A DNA stretch of 64,000 nt. It comes from a virus (taxonomy: Duplodnaviria; Heunggongvirae; Uroviricota; Caudoviricetes). Under the pieces are notes generated by a model. The model saw nothing but the letters and a program-made list of their open reading frames with translations, made no database searches and was not told where the DNA came from. Location of the stretch: positions 43,752-107,751 of the IMG/VR virus record IMGVR_UViG_3300045988_163275; one strand, 5' to 3'. The position numbers and the translations under genes are program-made. This document shows positions 20,263-30,519 of this stretch, in pieces; position 1 is the stretch's first letter; each line of letters begins with the position of its first letter.

Positions 20263-20538
20263 TCACTCAAAAGTGCTGATACCCAAAATGCGCTCAAGAT
20301 GGGCCGCGTCTTCATCGCTTACCAGCATTGTGTCGTCGACGTACCAGCAGCTACCGTTGTGCCAACAAACACCGTCATCATCGATATAAATAGAATCCGT
20401 ATCCATTCCTGTGTATTCAACTAGATTGCGTTCAATTGCCGCTTGAATTTCTTCATCGTTCAGCCCGTCGCACTTGATCATGAACAACGGGTAAACGTCA
20501 TAGTCGCTACTAGATGAAATGCGAACCAAAGTCTTCAT
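20263..20538 (-). CDS. hypothetical acidic protein
   Basis: Start placed at MKTLVRISS ATG with AAGGAG RBS and upstream palindromic motif. Confidence 0.4.
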   Translation of the reverse strand: MKTLVRISSSSDYDVYPLFMIKCDGLNDEEIQAAIERNLVEYTGMDTDSIYIDDDGVCWHNGSCWYVDDTMLVSDEDAAHLERILGISTFE

Positions 20539-21023
20539 GTGTTTTCTCCTTGTTGGTAAGTACTTATCTATCTTAATGGGCGCTATAAGGCGCACAATCA
20601 TTGTGTTCAGGCTGGTGGAAAGAACTTCTCCAGCGTGTGGTTGATAGCCTTATCAATGTGCATCAGGTGGCCAAATTCAGTGTGCCACTTCACTCGAACC
20701 CCAAGACCGGCAATGGAATCGCTTTGTAGAGCTAGAGTTAGTGCCGCATCCTCGTATTGAGCACAGCGAAGCGATTGAGCTAGACTATGGCATGACGGGG
20801 GGCGCTCTAAAGGTTGAGATTAGAGCGGCCTCGGCAGGCTACTTACTCAGACAATGGAATGTGGATTGTTCTACCAACGCCACACTCCAAGATGGTGGAG
20901 CTCAATTGTACTTAAAGAACAGAGCAACACTTTATGGAGTTAAAAACATCATGCTAGCTCCAGGGATTGAAAAAGAACTTGGTAACTAATGCACAAAAAC
21001 GAACTTGGCGCAGAGAATAAATT

Positions 21024-24000
21024 TTGATGAAAATAATCGATAACCTTAACAACCTATTAGGTGACGAGCTTCAACAGACGCTGACACCGAATACAAAGTT
21101 AAAGATTGCTGCGTCTTGCTTTTCTATTTATGCGTATGAGGCTCTCAAAAAGGAGTTAGCGAAGATAGACTCACTTGAGTTCATCTTCACATCACCTACT
21201 TTTGTCGCAGATGAAGTTACCGATAAATTCAAAAAAGAAAAACGAGAGTTCTTTATTCCCAAAGCAGGGCGTGAACGCAGCCTTTACGGAACTGACTTTG
21301 AAATACAGTTAAAGAACAAGCTCACTCAAAAGGCGATCGCCAAAGAGTGTGCAAACTGGATCAGAAAGAAAGCGACATTCAAATCAAACAAAACTGATTC
21401 TCCAATGCAGTCGTTTGTTGTGACGGAAGCACCTAGACAGCAAACAGAGACAATGAGTGCAGTTTTTGCTCCGGTTAGCGGGTTTACGGCGGTTGATCTA
21501 GGGTATCAGCGAGGAAATGCTATTTCGAATTTTGTGCAAAAAATCGATGAGCCAAATTTCACAGCCCAGTACTTACAGTTATTCGACCAAATTTGGAAAG
21601 ACCCTGCGAAGCTTCAAGATGTTACTAAAACAATTTGCGAGCATATAGAGTCTGTCTACCAGGAAAACTCGCCTGAGAAAGTCTATTTCATTATTTTGTA
21701 TAACATTTTTAATGAGTTCCTTGATGATATTACAGAGGATGTATTACCAAATGATCGAACCGGCTATCAGGACACCTTGATTTGGAACAAGTTATTCAAC
21801 TACCAAAAAGATGCCGCGACTGGGATTATCAATAAGTTAGAGACCTATAACGGCTGCATTCTGGCTGATAGTGTTGGTCTTGGTAAAACATTTACAGCGT
21901 TAGCTGTCATCAAGTATTACGAGCTCAGGAACAAGTCCGTACTTCTACTGTGTCCGAAAAAATTGGCAGATAACTGGCTCAACTTTAATCGAAACTTAAA
22001 GACAAATATTTTTGCTAAAGACCGTTTTAGTTACGATGTTTTGTGTCACACAGATTTGAGTCGAACCTCTGGCGAATCCTTCGGTACTCCGTTGAATAGA
22101 ATAAACTGGGGTAACTATGACTTGGTCGTCATTGATGAGTCGCATAACTTTAGAAATAACGATGCAGTGAAAGATCGAGAAACTCGATATCAGAAACTGA
22201 TGAATAAAGTGATTCGCGCTGGCGTAAAAACCAAGGTGCTGATGCTATCAGCGACACCAGTGAATAACAGATTTACTGACCTGAGAAACCAGCTCGCGTT
22301 AGCTTATGAAGGCGAGTCGAGCAATCTCACAAAGCATCTTAAAACCACAAAAAGCGTAGAACAGATCTTCAACCAAGCACAAGCCGCATTTAACGCTTGG
22401 TCCAAACTCGACCCAGAGACGCGAACAGCTAAAGCCATACTCGATGCCTTAGATTTTGACTTTTTTGAACTGCTTGATAGCGTCACTATCGCTCGCTCAC
22501 GAAAGCACATCACAACTTTCTACGACACAACAGATATTGGCCATTTCCCTGAACGTAACAAGCCAATCTCGTTTCATTGTCCGCTTACTACTCGTTCGGA
22601 TGTAGTAAGCCTGAATGAGATCTTTGAACAGCTTAAGCTACTCAAACTATCTGTTTATGCGCCAGTGAGTTATATCCTCCCGAGTAGATTGAAGAAATAT
22701 GAGGAGATGTATGACACGGAAGTTGAAGGCGGAAAAGGTAAGTTAAAGCAAAGCGACCGTGAAAAAAGTTTGGTTGCATTGATGACAACGAACCTCCTAA
22801 AGCGTCTTGAGAGCTCCGTATACTCGTTCAGAAGCACCTTGCAATCTCTCCATGATAACCATGTTCGTGTTCTAGGTATTATCGACGAATTCTATAAGCG
22901 AGACGGGCAAACCGAAGTGAGCAGTCTCGTTGAAGCGCTAGAGTCTATTGAAGCAGATGAAGACGATATGCCTTCTTATCACGATATGGAAATCGGTAAC
23001 AAAATCAAAATTAAGCTAATGGATATGGATCTTCCATCCTGGCAGCAGGATTTAGATGGCGATTTGGAGCTGATCAAAGGGTTACTAGATTCTGTTAGCA
23101 AAATTAAGCCAGAAGAAGATGCTAAGTTGCAGCATCTGAAATCACATATTGCTGCAAAAATAAATAATCCGATAAATCCTGGAAACCGGAAAATCATCGT
23201 GTTCACGGCGTTTGCTGACACCGCTCAGTATCTGTACGAGCAGTTGTCACCTGTGATGTTAAGCGAGCATAGAATCCATACTGCGATGATCACTGGTGGT
23301 GCCAGTTTACCTAAGACCACCTTAAAAACCGGACGAAAAGGTTACGACACACAAGAAGTGCTCACCTTGTTTTCTCCAGTTTCCAAATCGAAAGCCAGTG
23401 TATTACCTGACGAACCCGCTGAAATCGATTTGTTGATTGCTACAGACTGTATCTCTGAAGGGCAGAACTTACAGGATTGCGATTACTTAATTAACTTTGA
23501 TATTCATTGGAATCCAGTTCGGATTGTTCAGCGCTTTGGGCGTGTTGACCGTATTGGCTCGGCGAATAAATGTATTCAGTTAGTTAACTACTGGCCTGAT
23601 ATATCGCTGGATGAGTACATCAACTTAAAAGAACGTGTTGAAAGTCGAATGACGATTGTTGACGTAACAGCGACCGGTGATGACAACGTTCTAAGTTGTC
23701 AAGCGAATGATGTGTCGTACCGTAAAGAGCAGTTAAAGAAACTACAAGAAGAAGTCATCGAGCTTGAAGATTTAAAAACGGGGGTTTCTATCACCGATCT
23801 AGGTCTAAACGAATTTCGAATGGACCTGCTAAATCTAATGAAACTCTACGGCGAACCAAGAAATGCACCAAGCGGCATGCATGCGGTGGTTGAGGCTAAG
23901 CCAGAATTAGGGTTATTGCCTGGCGTGGTGTTTGCGCTGAAAAACGTTAATAACAGTATCGATAGAGATCTGCAAAACAGGCTCCACCCTTATTACCTTG

Positions 24001-24359
24001 TCTATGTATCGAATGAAGGGGACATCGTCGCTAATCATTTTGAGGTAAAGAGACTATTAGATTTAATCCGAAGTAGCTGTAAAGGTCAAACAGCACCGCT
24101 CAGTGAGATTTGTGCTTTATTTAATCGCTTAACGCAAGACGGTCGAGATATGCAGTGTTACTCTCACCTTCTAACAGATGCCATAAAAAGCATGGTTGAA
24201 GTTAAGGAAGAAAAAGATATTGATAGTTTGTTCAATGGTGGCGCTACCTCAGCTTTAGTGAATACATTTGCCGGGCTTGATGACTTTGAATTGCTGGCAT
24301 TTATTGTGATCCAGCAAAAGCAGCTGATGGAAAACAGTGCCCAGGATGAGGTTAGCTAA
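21024..24359 (+). CDS. SNF2-family helicase (1111 aa) with about 280-aa N-terminal domain of unknown function
   Basis: Motif I ADSVGLGKTF, motif II VVIDESHNFRN, motif III LMLSATPVNN, motif V/VI region DCDYLINFDIHWNPVRIVQRFGRVDRIGS. Confidence 0.85.
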   Translation: MMKIIDNLNNLLGDELQQTLTPNTKLKIAASCFSIYAYEALKKELAKIDSLEFIFTSPTFVADEVTDKFKKEKREFFIPKAGRERSLYGTDFEIQLKNKLTQKAIAKECANWIRKKATFKSNKTDSPMQSFVVTEAPRQQTETMSAVFAPVSGFTAVDLGYQRGNAISNFVQKIDEPNFTAQYLQLFDQIWKDPAKLQDVTKTICEHIESVYQENSPEKVYFIILYNIFNEFLDDITEDVLPNDRTGYQDTLIWNKLFNYQKDAATGIINKLETYNGCILADSVGLGKTFTALAVIKYYELRNKSVLLLCPKKLADNWLNFNRNLKTNIFAKDRFSYDVLCHTDLSRTSGESFGTPLNRINWGNYDLVVIDESHNFRNNDAVKDRETRYQKLMNKVIRAGVKTKVLMLSATPVNNRFTDLRNQLALAYEGESSNLTKHLKTTKSVEQIFNQAQAAFNAWSKLDPETRTAKAILDALDFDFFELLDSVTIARSRKHITTFYDTTDIGHFPERNKPISFHCPLTTRSDVVSLNEIFEQLKLLKLSVYAPVSYILPSRLKKYEEMYDTEVEGGKGKLKQSDREKSLVALMTTNLLKRLESSVYSFRSTLQSLHDNHVRVLGIIDEFYKRDGQTEVSSLVEALESIEADEDDMPSYHDMEIGNKIKIKLMDMDLPSWQQDLDGDLELIKGLLDSVSKIKPEEDAKLQHLKSHIAAKINNPINPGNRKIIVFTAFADTAQYLYEQLSPVMLSEHRIHTAMITGGASLPKTTLKTGRKGYDTQEVLTLFSPVSKSKASVLPDEPAEIDLLIATDCISEGQNLQDCDYLINFDIHWNPVRIVQRFGRVDRIGSANKCIQLVNYWPDISLDEYINLKERVESRMTIVDVTATGDDNVLSCQANDVSYRKEQLKKLQEEVIELEDLKTGVSITDLGLNEFRMDLLNLMKLYGEPRNAPSGMHAVVEAKPELGLLPGVVFALKNVNNSIDRDLQNRLHPYYLVYVSNEGDIVANHFEVKRLLDLIRSSCKGQTAPLSEICALFNRLTQDGRDMQCYSHLLTDAIKSMVEVKEEKDIDSLFNGGATSALVNTFAGLDDFELLAFIVIQQKQLMENSAQDEVS

Positions 24360-24362
24360 TCT

Positions 24363-25049
24363 ATGTACTCACCTTGGATATTTCCTGACAAAGCAAAGTT
24401 CGGTCGAGTCGTGCCGAAGAACAAAATATACGAACACAGCGCGGCAAGCGCTGGATTGAAGTCACTTTTTGTAGAGCAAGTAGAGCAAATCCTTTGGGCT
24501 TACAAGCTATCGCCTAGCACGCTGAATATTCCTCAAACCAGTGAGGTCAGTGAAATACAGGTTTTCAGTGTGAAGCTTAAAGGTGACTCGATAGACGACA
24601 GCGTACTAAAAGCCATTGATTTGGCGATACCTTTTCCCATTCTATTTGAGGTATGGGAAGCTCGCGGTGAGCAAGGCCACTACGTTGCTTGCTATAAGCG
24701 TAAGGCAGAAAATGATCAGTCAAAATGGTTTTGTAGCCGCTATTTACGCTCAGAAACCTTCTATTCAAGTGATTCATTAGCAGTGACTTCAGAAGTTTTG
24801 GGGTTGCCTACCGCCATCGATATGGCGGAGCTGTATCAAAAGCTTCTTACTCGCTTGTTACCCATACCCCAACGAGCCGCTGAGAGTATTGAAGAGGTCA
24901 TTGAACGCTTGATGGCAATTCAGGCATTGGAAAAGCAAATCTCGCAATATAAGAAGAAGGTTCATGCCGAGAAACAGTTTAACCGCAAGGTTGAGCTCAA
25001 TAAGCAGTTAAAGAATTTAAGGTGCGAGCTTCAAGAGTTACTCGCATAA
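24363..25049 (+). CDS. hypothetical protein, translationally coupled to the SNF2 helicase gene
   Basis: 228-aa ORF starting 4 bp after helicase stop; C-terminal coiled-coil-like region; no motif I can name. Confidence 0.55.
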   Translation: MYSPWIFPDKAKFGRVVPKNKIYEHSAASAGLKSLFVEQVEQILWAYKLSPSTLNIPQTSEVSEIQVFSVKLKGDSIDDSVLKAIDLAIPFPILFEVWEARGEQGHYVACYKRKAENDQSKWFCSRYLRSETFYSSDSLAVTSEVLGLPTAIDMAELYQKLLTRLLPIPQRAAESIEEVIERLMAIQALEKQISQYKKKVHAEKQFNRKVELNKQLKNLRCELQELLA

Positions 25050-25122
25050 AGAATAAACAATTTCAATCAGTTAAATAGTGCCACATGCTTTTTATGCAAG
25101 GCATCACGCAAAAGGTGAACAC

Positions 25123-27045
25123 ATGGACAAATTAAAGATGCACAGCCCCGACATGACGCAGCAAAACATAGAGAAAATTCAGGCGTTGTTTCCGAACTGC
25201 GTGACGGAATCAAGAGGAGCTAACGGAGAGCTAAAGTTAGTCATTGATTTTGACCAACTTAAACAAGAGCTATCAAATTCAATCGTTGAAGGCCCGCAAG
25301 AGCGCTATCAGCTGAACTGGCCCGGTAAGCGAGAAGCACTACTAACAGCGAACGCACCTATTGCAAAAACATTAAGACCTTGTCGAGAAGAAAGTGTTAA
25401 TTTTGATACCACAGAAAACCTCTTTATTGAAGGTGATAACCTTGATGCGCTAAAAATGTTGCAAGAAACCTATTTGGGCAAGGTTAAGGTGATTTATATA
25501 GATCCGCCCTATAATACGGGTAAGGATTTTATATACGAAGACGATTTTGCTGAAAATTCTGATGGGTTTTTGAAGCGGTCAAATCAAAAGGATGAAGAAG
25601 GCAATCGCCTTGTAGCCAATACCGATTCCAACGGTCGCTTTCACTCAGACTGGTTGAGCATGATATTTTCGAGACTTAAACTTGCACGCAATATACTAAG
25701 TAGTGATGGAATTATCTTTATTAGTATAGATGAAAACGAGCTTGATAACCTCTTGAAAATAGGAAAGGAAATATTTGGTGAAGAGAACCACATAACTACG
25801 TTTTGTTGGGAAAAAAAGAAGAAACCATCTTTTCTTAATAAAAATGTAGGTTCGAAATTCGAGTATATTGTCACCTTTTCAAAGAATCGTGATTACACAG
25901 GTGCATTTTCCATTGATCTTACAACTGAAGGTAAAAAGTACCCCCTGAATAATGCAGGGAACTCACTCGGAAACCTTGTTTTTCCAGCAGGTTCGGTACG
26001 ATTCAACTTGCCAGACCAGATTATAGAACCGCAAGATATGTCTGAGGGTAAAATAAAAACCAGGTTAATTAATAGGTTGGAAATAATTGGAGGTAAAAAC
26101 GTTAATGAATTTATCCTTGAGGGTGAATGGAGATATTCTCAGAATAGATTAAATGAAATTCTAGAAAATCGAGAAGAAATTATAATCAGCAAAGTTCCGT
26201 TTAGGCCAAATCATGTAAAAGCAGGAGGTGAGATAAAAAAAATGCACAACCTCCTAAGTGTCGCTCATTATAAAGTTTCAACTAATGAGGATGCGGATGC
26301 CGAAAGTTCAGAGTTGATGGGGAATAAATACTTTGATTACACCAAGCCTTCAAATTTAATCAAACTATTAATCCAAGCAATAACTTATGACGATCAAGAA
26401 TGTCTAGTATTAGATTTTTTTGCGGGTTCATCAACAACCGCCCATGCCGTGATGCAACTTAATGCAGAAGATGGCGGAAATCGAAAATTTATCATGGTTC
26501 AGTTGCCTGAAGAGTGTGATAAAAAATCAGAAGCCTTCAAAGCTGGCTACAAAACAATTGCTGAGATATCAAAAGAACGCATCCGCCGTGCTGGTGCAAA
26601 AATATTAGAAGGGGAGTGCCACAAAGACTGGAATAAAGACGTTGGTTTCCGAGTGCTTAAAGTTGATACATCCAATATGGCCGATGTCTACTACTCGCCA
26701 GAGCAGGTTTCTCAGGGTTCGTTAGACTTATTGGTAGATAATATTAAATCAGACCGCACTGATGAAGATTTACTTTTCCAGGTTCTACTTGATTGGGGCG
26801 TCGATTTAACCTTGCCAATTAGAAAAGAAACGATTCAAGGTAAATCGGTATTCTTTGTCGATGATGATGCACTGGTGGCCTGTTTTGATCTGCGCATAAA
26901 TGAAGCTTTGATTAAAGAGTTAGCCATAAAAGAACCTCTTCGCGTAGTGTTCCGTGATGACGGCTTTGAATCTGATGCAGTAAAAATCAATGCTGAGCAG
27001 ATTTTCAAGCAAGTGTCGCCATATACTGAAGTTAAAGCGATTTAA
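25123..27045 (+). CDS. N6-adenine DNA methyltransferase, beta-class (Type III Mod-like)
   Basis: Catalytic motif [12 protein letters not shown] near N-terminus and AdoMet motif [14 protein letters not shown] near C-terminus (IV before I order); start at ATG 25123 with AAAGGTGA RBS. Confidence 0.85.
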   Translation: MDKLKMHSPDMTQQNIEKIQALFPNCVTESRGANGELKLVIDFDQLKQELSNSIVEGPQERYQLNWPGKREALLTANAPIAKTLRPCREESVNFDTTENLFIEGDNLDALKMLQETYLGKVKVIYIDPPYNTGKDFIYEDDFAENSDGFLKRSNQKDEEGNRLVANTDSNGRFHSDWLSMIFSRLKLARNILSSDGIIFISIDENELDNLLKIGKEIFGEENHITTFCWEKKKKPSFLNKNVGSKFEYIVTFSKNRDYTGAFSIDLTTEGKKYPLNNAGNSLGNLVFPAGSVRFNLPDQIIEPQDMSEGKIKTRLINRLEIIGGKNVNEFILEGEWRYSQNRLNEILENREEIIISKVPFRPNHVKAGGEIKKMHNLLSVAHYKVSTNEDADAESSELMGNKYFDYTKPSNLIKLLIQAITYDDQECLVLDFFAGSSTTAHAVMQLNAEDGGNRKFIMVQLPEECDKKSEAFKAGYKTIAEISKERIRRAGAKILEGECHKDWNKDVGFRVLKVDTSNMADVYYSPEQVSQGSLDLLVDNIKSDRTDEDLLFQVLLDWGVDLTLPIRKETIQGKSVFFVDDDALVACFDLRINEALIKELAIKEPLRVVFRDDGFESDAVKINAEQIFKQVSPYTEVKAI

Positions 27046-27140
27046 GGGGGGAGCATGACAAATTTTACCGGATTAAAATTTGCACACAGCCTTGTCGCAG
27101 ACAAGGTGTGCCCAAAGGGTTGCGTACAGGGAGGTGCGCA

Positions 27141-30100
27141 ATGAAACTTAAATTCAAAGTCCAGCCTTATCAAACTGTTGCCGTAGAGTCGGTTGTTGAC
27201 TGCTTTGCGGGGCAACCTAATACCTCCGGTATAACCTACCGAATCGATCCTGGCATTGCCAAAGATAAATTTGGCAATGCTGGCTGGGATATGAGTGACC
27301 AGGATGGGTTTAAAAATGCTGAACTTGCGATCACTGAATCGCAGTTATTGCAAAATATCCATGGTGTTCAAAGTAGACAGAACCTCCCTGTTTCAGAAGC
27401 GTTAGCCAGCAATGCTAGCTCTAAGATTAATCTCGATGTTGAAATGGAAACCGGTACAGGTAAGACATATTGCTACATCAAAACTATCTTTGAGATGAAT
27501 AAACGCTATGGCTGGAGCAAATTTATTATCGTAGTGCCTAGCATTGCCATTCGTGAAGGTGTTTACAAGTCGCTACAAATCACAGGTGAGCATTTTGCCC
27601 AGAATTACAACGGTAAAAAGGCACGGTTTTTCATCTATAACTCAAAACAATTGCACCAGTTAGAGAGTTTTTCTTCTGACAGTGGCATCAATGTCATGAT
27701 CATTAATATTCAAGCCTTTAATGCATCAGGAAAAGACAATCGACGTATTTATGAAGAGTTGGATGACTTCCAGTCTAGGCGTCCTATTGATGTTATTAGT
27801 GCAAACCGTCCAATCCTGATTTTGGATGAGCCGCAGAAGATGGAAGGTAAGAAGACATTAGATGCCTTAGCCAAATTCAAACCACTGATGGTACTTCGAT
27901 ATTCGGCCACGCATAAGACAACACATAATAAGGTGCATCGTCTGGATGCTCTTGACGCTTATAACAATAAGCTGGTTAAGAAAATTGCAGTTCGTGGTAT
28001 CTCAGTAAAGGGTTTAGCGGGCACTACAGCCTATCTATATCTGGAATCCATCGAAATCTCAAAAAAAATGCCAGTGGCTCGTATAGAGATCGAGGTTAAA
28101 CAACAAAATGGCATCAAACGCATACCCAAGAAGGTCACTAAGGGCGATAATCTTTTTGATCTTAGTAATGGTTTGGACCAGTACCGTGATTTTGTGGTTA
28201 CTGATGTCAACGCGATTAACGACACAGTTGAATTCAAAAATGGCCATGTTTTAACCGCGGGCGATGCCACGGGAGACGTGACCGAAGAGACCATTCGCCG
28301 CATACAGATTCGCGAGACAATTAAAGCACACCTTGAAAAAGAAAAAATACTTTTTAACCAGGGTATAAAGGTTCTCTCTCTCTTTTTTATTGACGAAGTC
28401 GCAAAGTATAGGGACTACTCTCAAGCCGATGAAAAAGGTGATTATGCTCGCGTTTTTGAAGAAGAGTATTCCTTGCTTGTACAGGAGTATCTTGATGAGT
28501 TGTCCCTTTTGCCAAGTGAGCAGACTGATGCCTATAAAGCCTATCTATCGGCCATTGAAGGCTCTAGAACGCATAATGGTTACTTCTCAATTGATAAGAA
28601 ATCAAATCGTCTTCAGAACCCCGGCTTTAAAGTCCGTGGTGAAGATGCCGGGCTATCAGACGATGTAGATGCCTATGATTTGATTTTAAAAGATAAGGAA
28701 AAGTTACTTTCGTTTGAAGAGCCTACTCGATTTATCTTTTCACACTCGGCCTTGCGCGAGGGGTGGGATAATCCAAACGTATTTGTCATGTGTATGTTGA
28801 AACACAGCGACAATACTATCTCTCGTCGTCAAGAAGTTGGACGTGGTTTACGTCTGGCCGTCAATAAACATGGTGACAGACAAGATCATCCGGCAACTGT
28901 GCATGAAATTAATGTCTTGTCGGTGATTGCAAGTGAAAGCTATAAAGACTTTGTCACGAATCTGCAAAAAGAGATCAGCGAGTCTCTCTCAGCGAGACCT
29001 AGAAAAGCAGATGAAGCTTATTTTACGGGTAAGACAATTACAACAGCTGATGGACCTGTAGAAGTAACACCTGTCATGGCTAAGCAAATTTATAAGTATT
29101 TGCTTAAAAATGATTATACCAATGACGTTGACGATTCAATTGCGCCATCATTCCACCAGGCTAAGGCTAGTGGGCAGTTAGCGCCAATGCCTGCTGAGTT
29201 AGAGCCTTACCGCGAGCAAATATTGACCCTGATTGACGGTGTTTATAGTGAAGCGCAATTGCCAGGTGTTGGTGATGATCGTAAACCTAAAAACAATCCG
29301 TTGAATGCTAATTTTGATAAGAAAGAGTTTCAGGAGCTTTGGCACAAAATCAATCGCAAAGCGGTTTATAAGGTTGATTTTGATTCGTCTGAGTTGATTA
29401 AAAATTGTATTCGGGTACTCAATAAAGAGCTTAAGGTAACGCCTCTTCAGTACACGATTCAAGATGGTGTTCAATTGGATGGCATTACCGACGAACAACT
29501 CAAAGCTGGACAAAGTTTCAAGGTGAAAAACACTGAGACTGAAACTCATCAATCGAGCATTCATTCTGCTGTTCGTTATGACTTGGTTGGTAAGTTGGCT
29601 GAAAATTGTGTGCTGACTCGCAAAACAGTCGCCGAAATACTGATGGGTATAGAACCTGTAGTATTTGCACAATTTAAGCAGAACCCTGAGCATTTTCTCG
29701 CTGAGGCTTCACGCCTTGTGAAAGAGCAAAAGGCATCTGTGATCATCGAGAAGCTATCATATGATCCAACGAACGAATCTTATGATGTTGATATATTCAC
29801 GGCAGAGCAAAAAATCACTGATATGACAAAAGCCGTTAGTGGCGTTAATAAGCATATTTATGATTATGTTGTCGTTGATTCACAAGGCATTGAACGGGAC
29901 TTTGTTACCGAGCTTGATACAAGCAAAGAAGTCGTGGTTTATGCAAAACTGCCTCGTGGTTTTCTGATACCGACGCCTGTTGGCGACTACAACCCTGATT
30001 GGGCGATTTCTTTCAAAGAAGGAAGTGTTAAACACATTTACTTTATTGCAGAGACTAAAGGAACGATGTCTTCGCTTGAATTGCGTGGCATAGAAGATCG

Positions 30101-30218
30101 CAAGATTGAATGTGCTAGGAAATTCTTTGAAAAAATTAATGCAGAGATAACGAGTGAAAACGTCAAATATGATGTTGTAACGAGTTACTCGAAATTAATG
30201 GAAGTCATAAGCGGTTAG
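27141..30218 (+). CDS. Type III restriction Res-like helicase-nuclease
   Basis: Helicase motif [10 protein letters not shown], motif [11 protein letters not shown], motif [12 protein letters not shown]; C-terminal PD-ExK-like GDYNPDW...IAETKG; start at ATG 27141 with GGGAGGTG RBS. Confidence 0.85.
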   Translation: MKLKFKVQPYQTVAVESVVDCFAGQPNTSGITYRIDPGIAKDKFGNAGWDMSDQDGFKNAELAITESQLLQNIHGVQSRQNLPVSEALASNASSKINLDVEMETGTGKTYCYIKTIFEMNKRYGWSKFIIVVPSIAIREGVYKSLQITGEHFAQNYNGKKARFFIYNSKQLHQLESFSSDSGINVMIINIQAFNASGKDNRRIYEELDDFQSRRPIDVISANRPILILDEPQKMEGKKTLDALAKFKPLMVLRYSATHKTTHNKVHRLDALDAYNNKLVKKIAVRGISVKGLAGTTAYLYLESIEISKKMPVARIEIEVKQQNGIKRIPKKVTKGDNLFDLSNGLDQYRDFVVTDVNAINDTVEFKNGHVLTAGDATGDVTEETIRRIQIRETIKAHLEKEKILFNQGIKVLSLFFIDEVAKYRDYSQADEKGDYARVFEEEYSLLVQEYLDELSLLPSEQTDAYKAYLSAIEGSRTHNGYFSIDKKSNRLQNPGFKVRGEDAGLSDDVDAYDLILKDKEKLLSFEEPTRFIFSHSALREGWDNPNVFVMCMLKHSDNTISRRQEVGRGLRLAVNKHGDRQDHPATVHEINVLSVIASESYKDFVTNLQKEISESLSARPRKADEAYFTGKTITTADGPVEVTPVMAKQIYKYLLKNDYTNDVDDSIAPSFHQAKASGQLAPMPAELEPYREQILTLIDGVYSEAQLPGVGDDRKPKNNPLNANFDKKEFQELWHKINRKAVYKVDFDSSELIKNCIRVLNKELKVTPLQYTIQDGVQLDGITDEQLKAGQSFKVKNTETETHQSSIHSAVRYDLVGKLAENCVLTRKTVAEILMGIEPVVFAQFKQNPEHFLAEASRLVKEQKASVIIEKLSYDPTNESYDVDIFTAEQKITDMTKAVSGVNKHIYDYVVVDSQGIERDFVTELDTSKEVVVYAKLPRGFLIPTPVGDYNPDWAISFKEGSVKHIYFIAETKGTMSSLELRGIEDRKIECARKFFEKINAEITSENVKYDVVTSYSKLMEVISG

Positions 30219-30239
30219 TTGTTTTCGTTTTTATATCGG

Positions 30240-30274
30240 GCTGTCAGTTCATCTGGCTGACAGCTCACTTTTAG
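30240..30274 (+). terminator. hairpin terminator-like element after the Res-like gene
   Basis: GCTGTCAG ttcatctgg CTGACAGC followed by tcactttt. Confidence 0.4.
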
Positions 30275-30519
30275 TTACATAAAAATAATTGAAAAATTGA
30301 GTCAGCAGATTGAGTCTAAATGTCGCTCACTCATGCGGTTATATTTTAAGTATGGTTGTTGACATGACGGAGAAATAGCATGAATCCTGAAAAGTGAATC
30401 GCCACTGCCATCAGATAGAGTTTGATCATGTGTTTTCCTATGTGGCTATTGTGTGTAGATGATAAGTAAGTGATTATATATTTTCAAGGTATAAAGACGT
30501 CCATTCGGACGCCTGAAAA

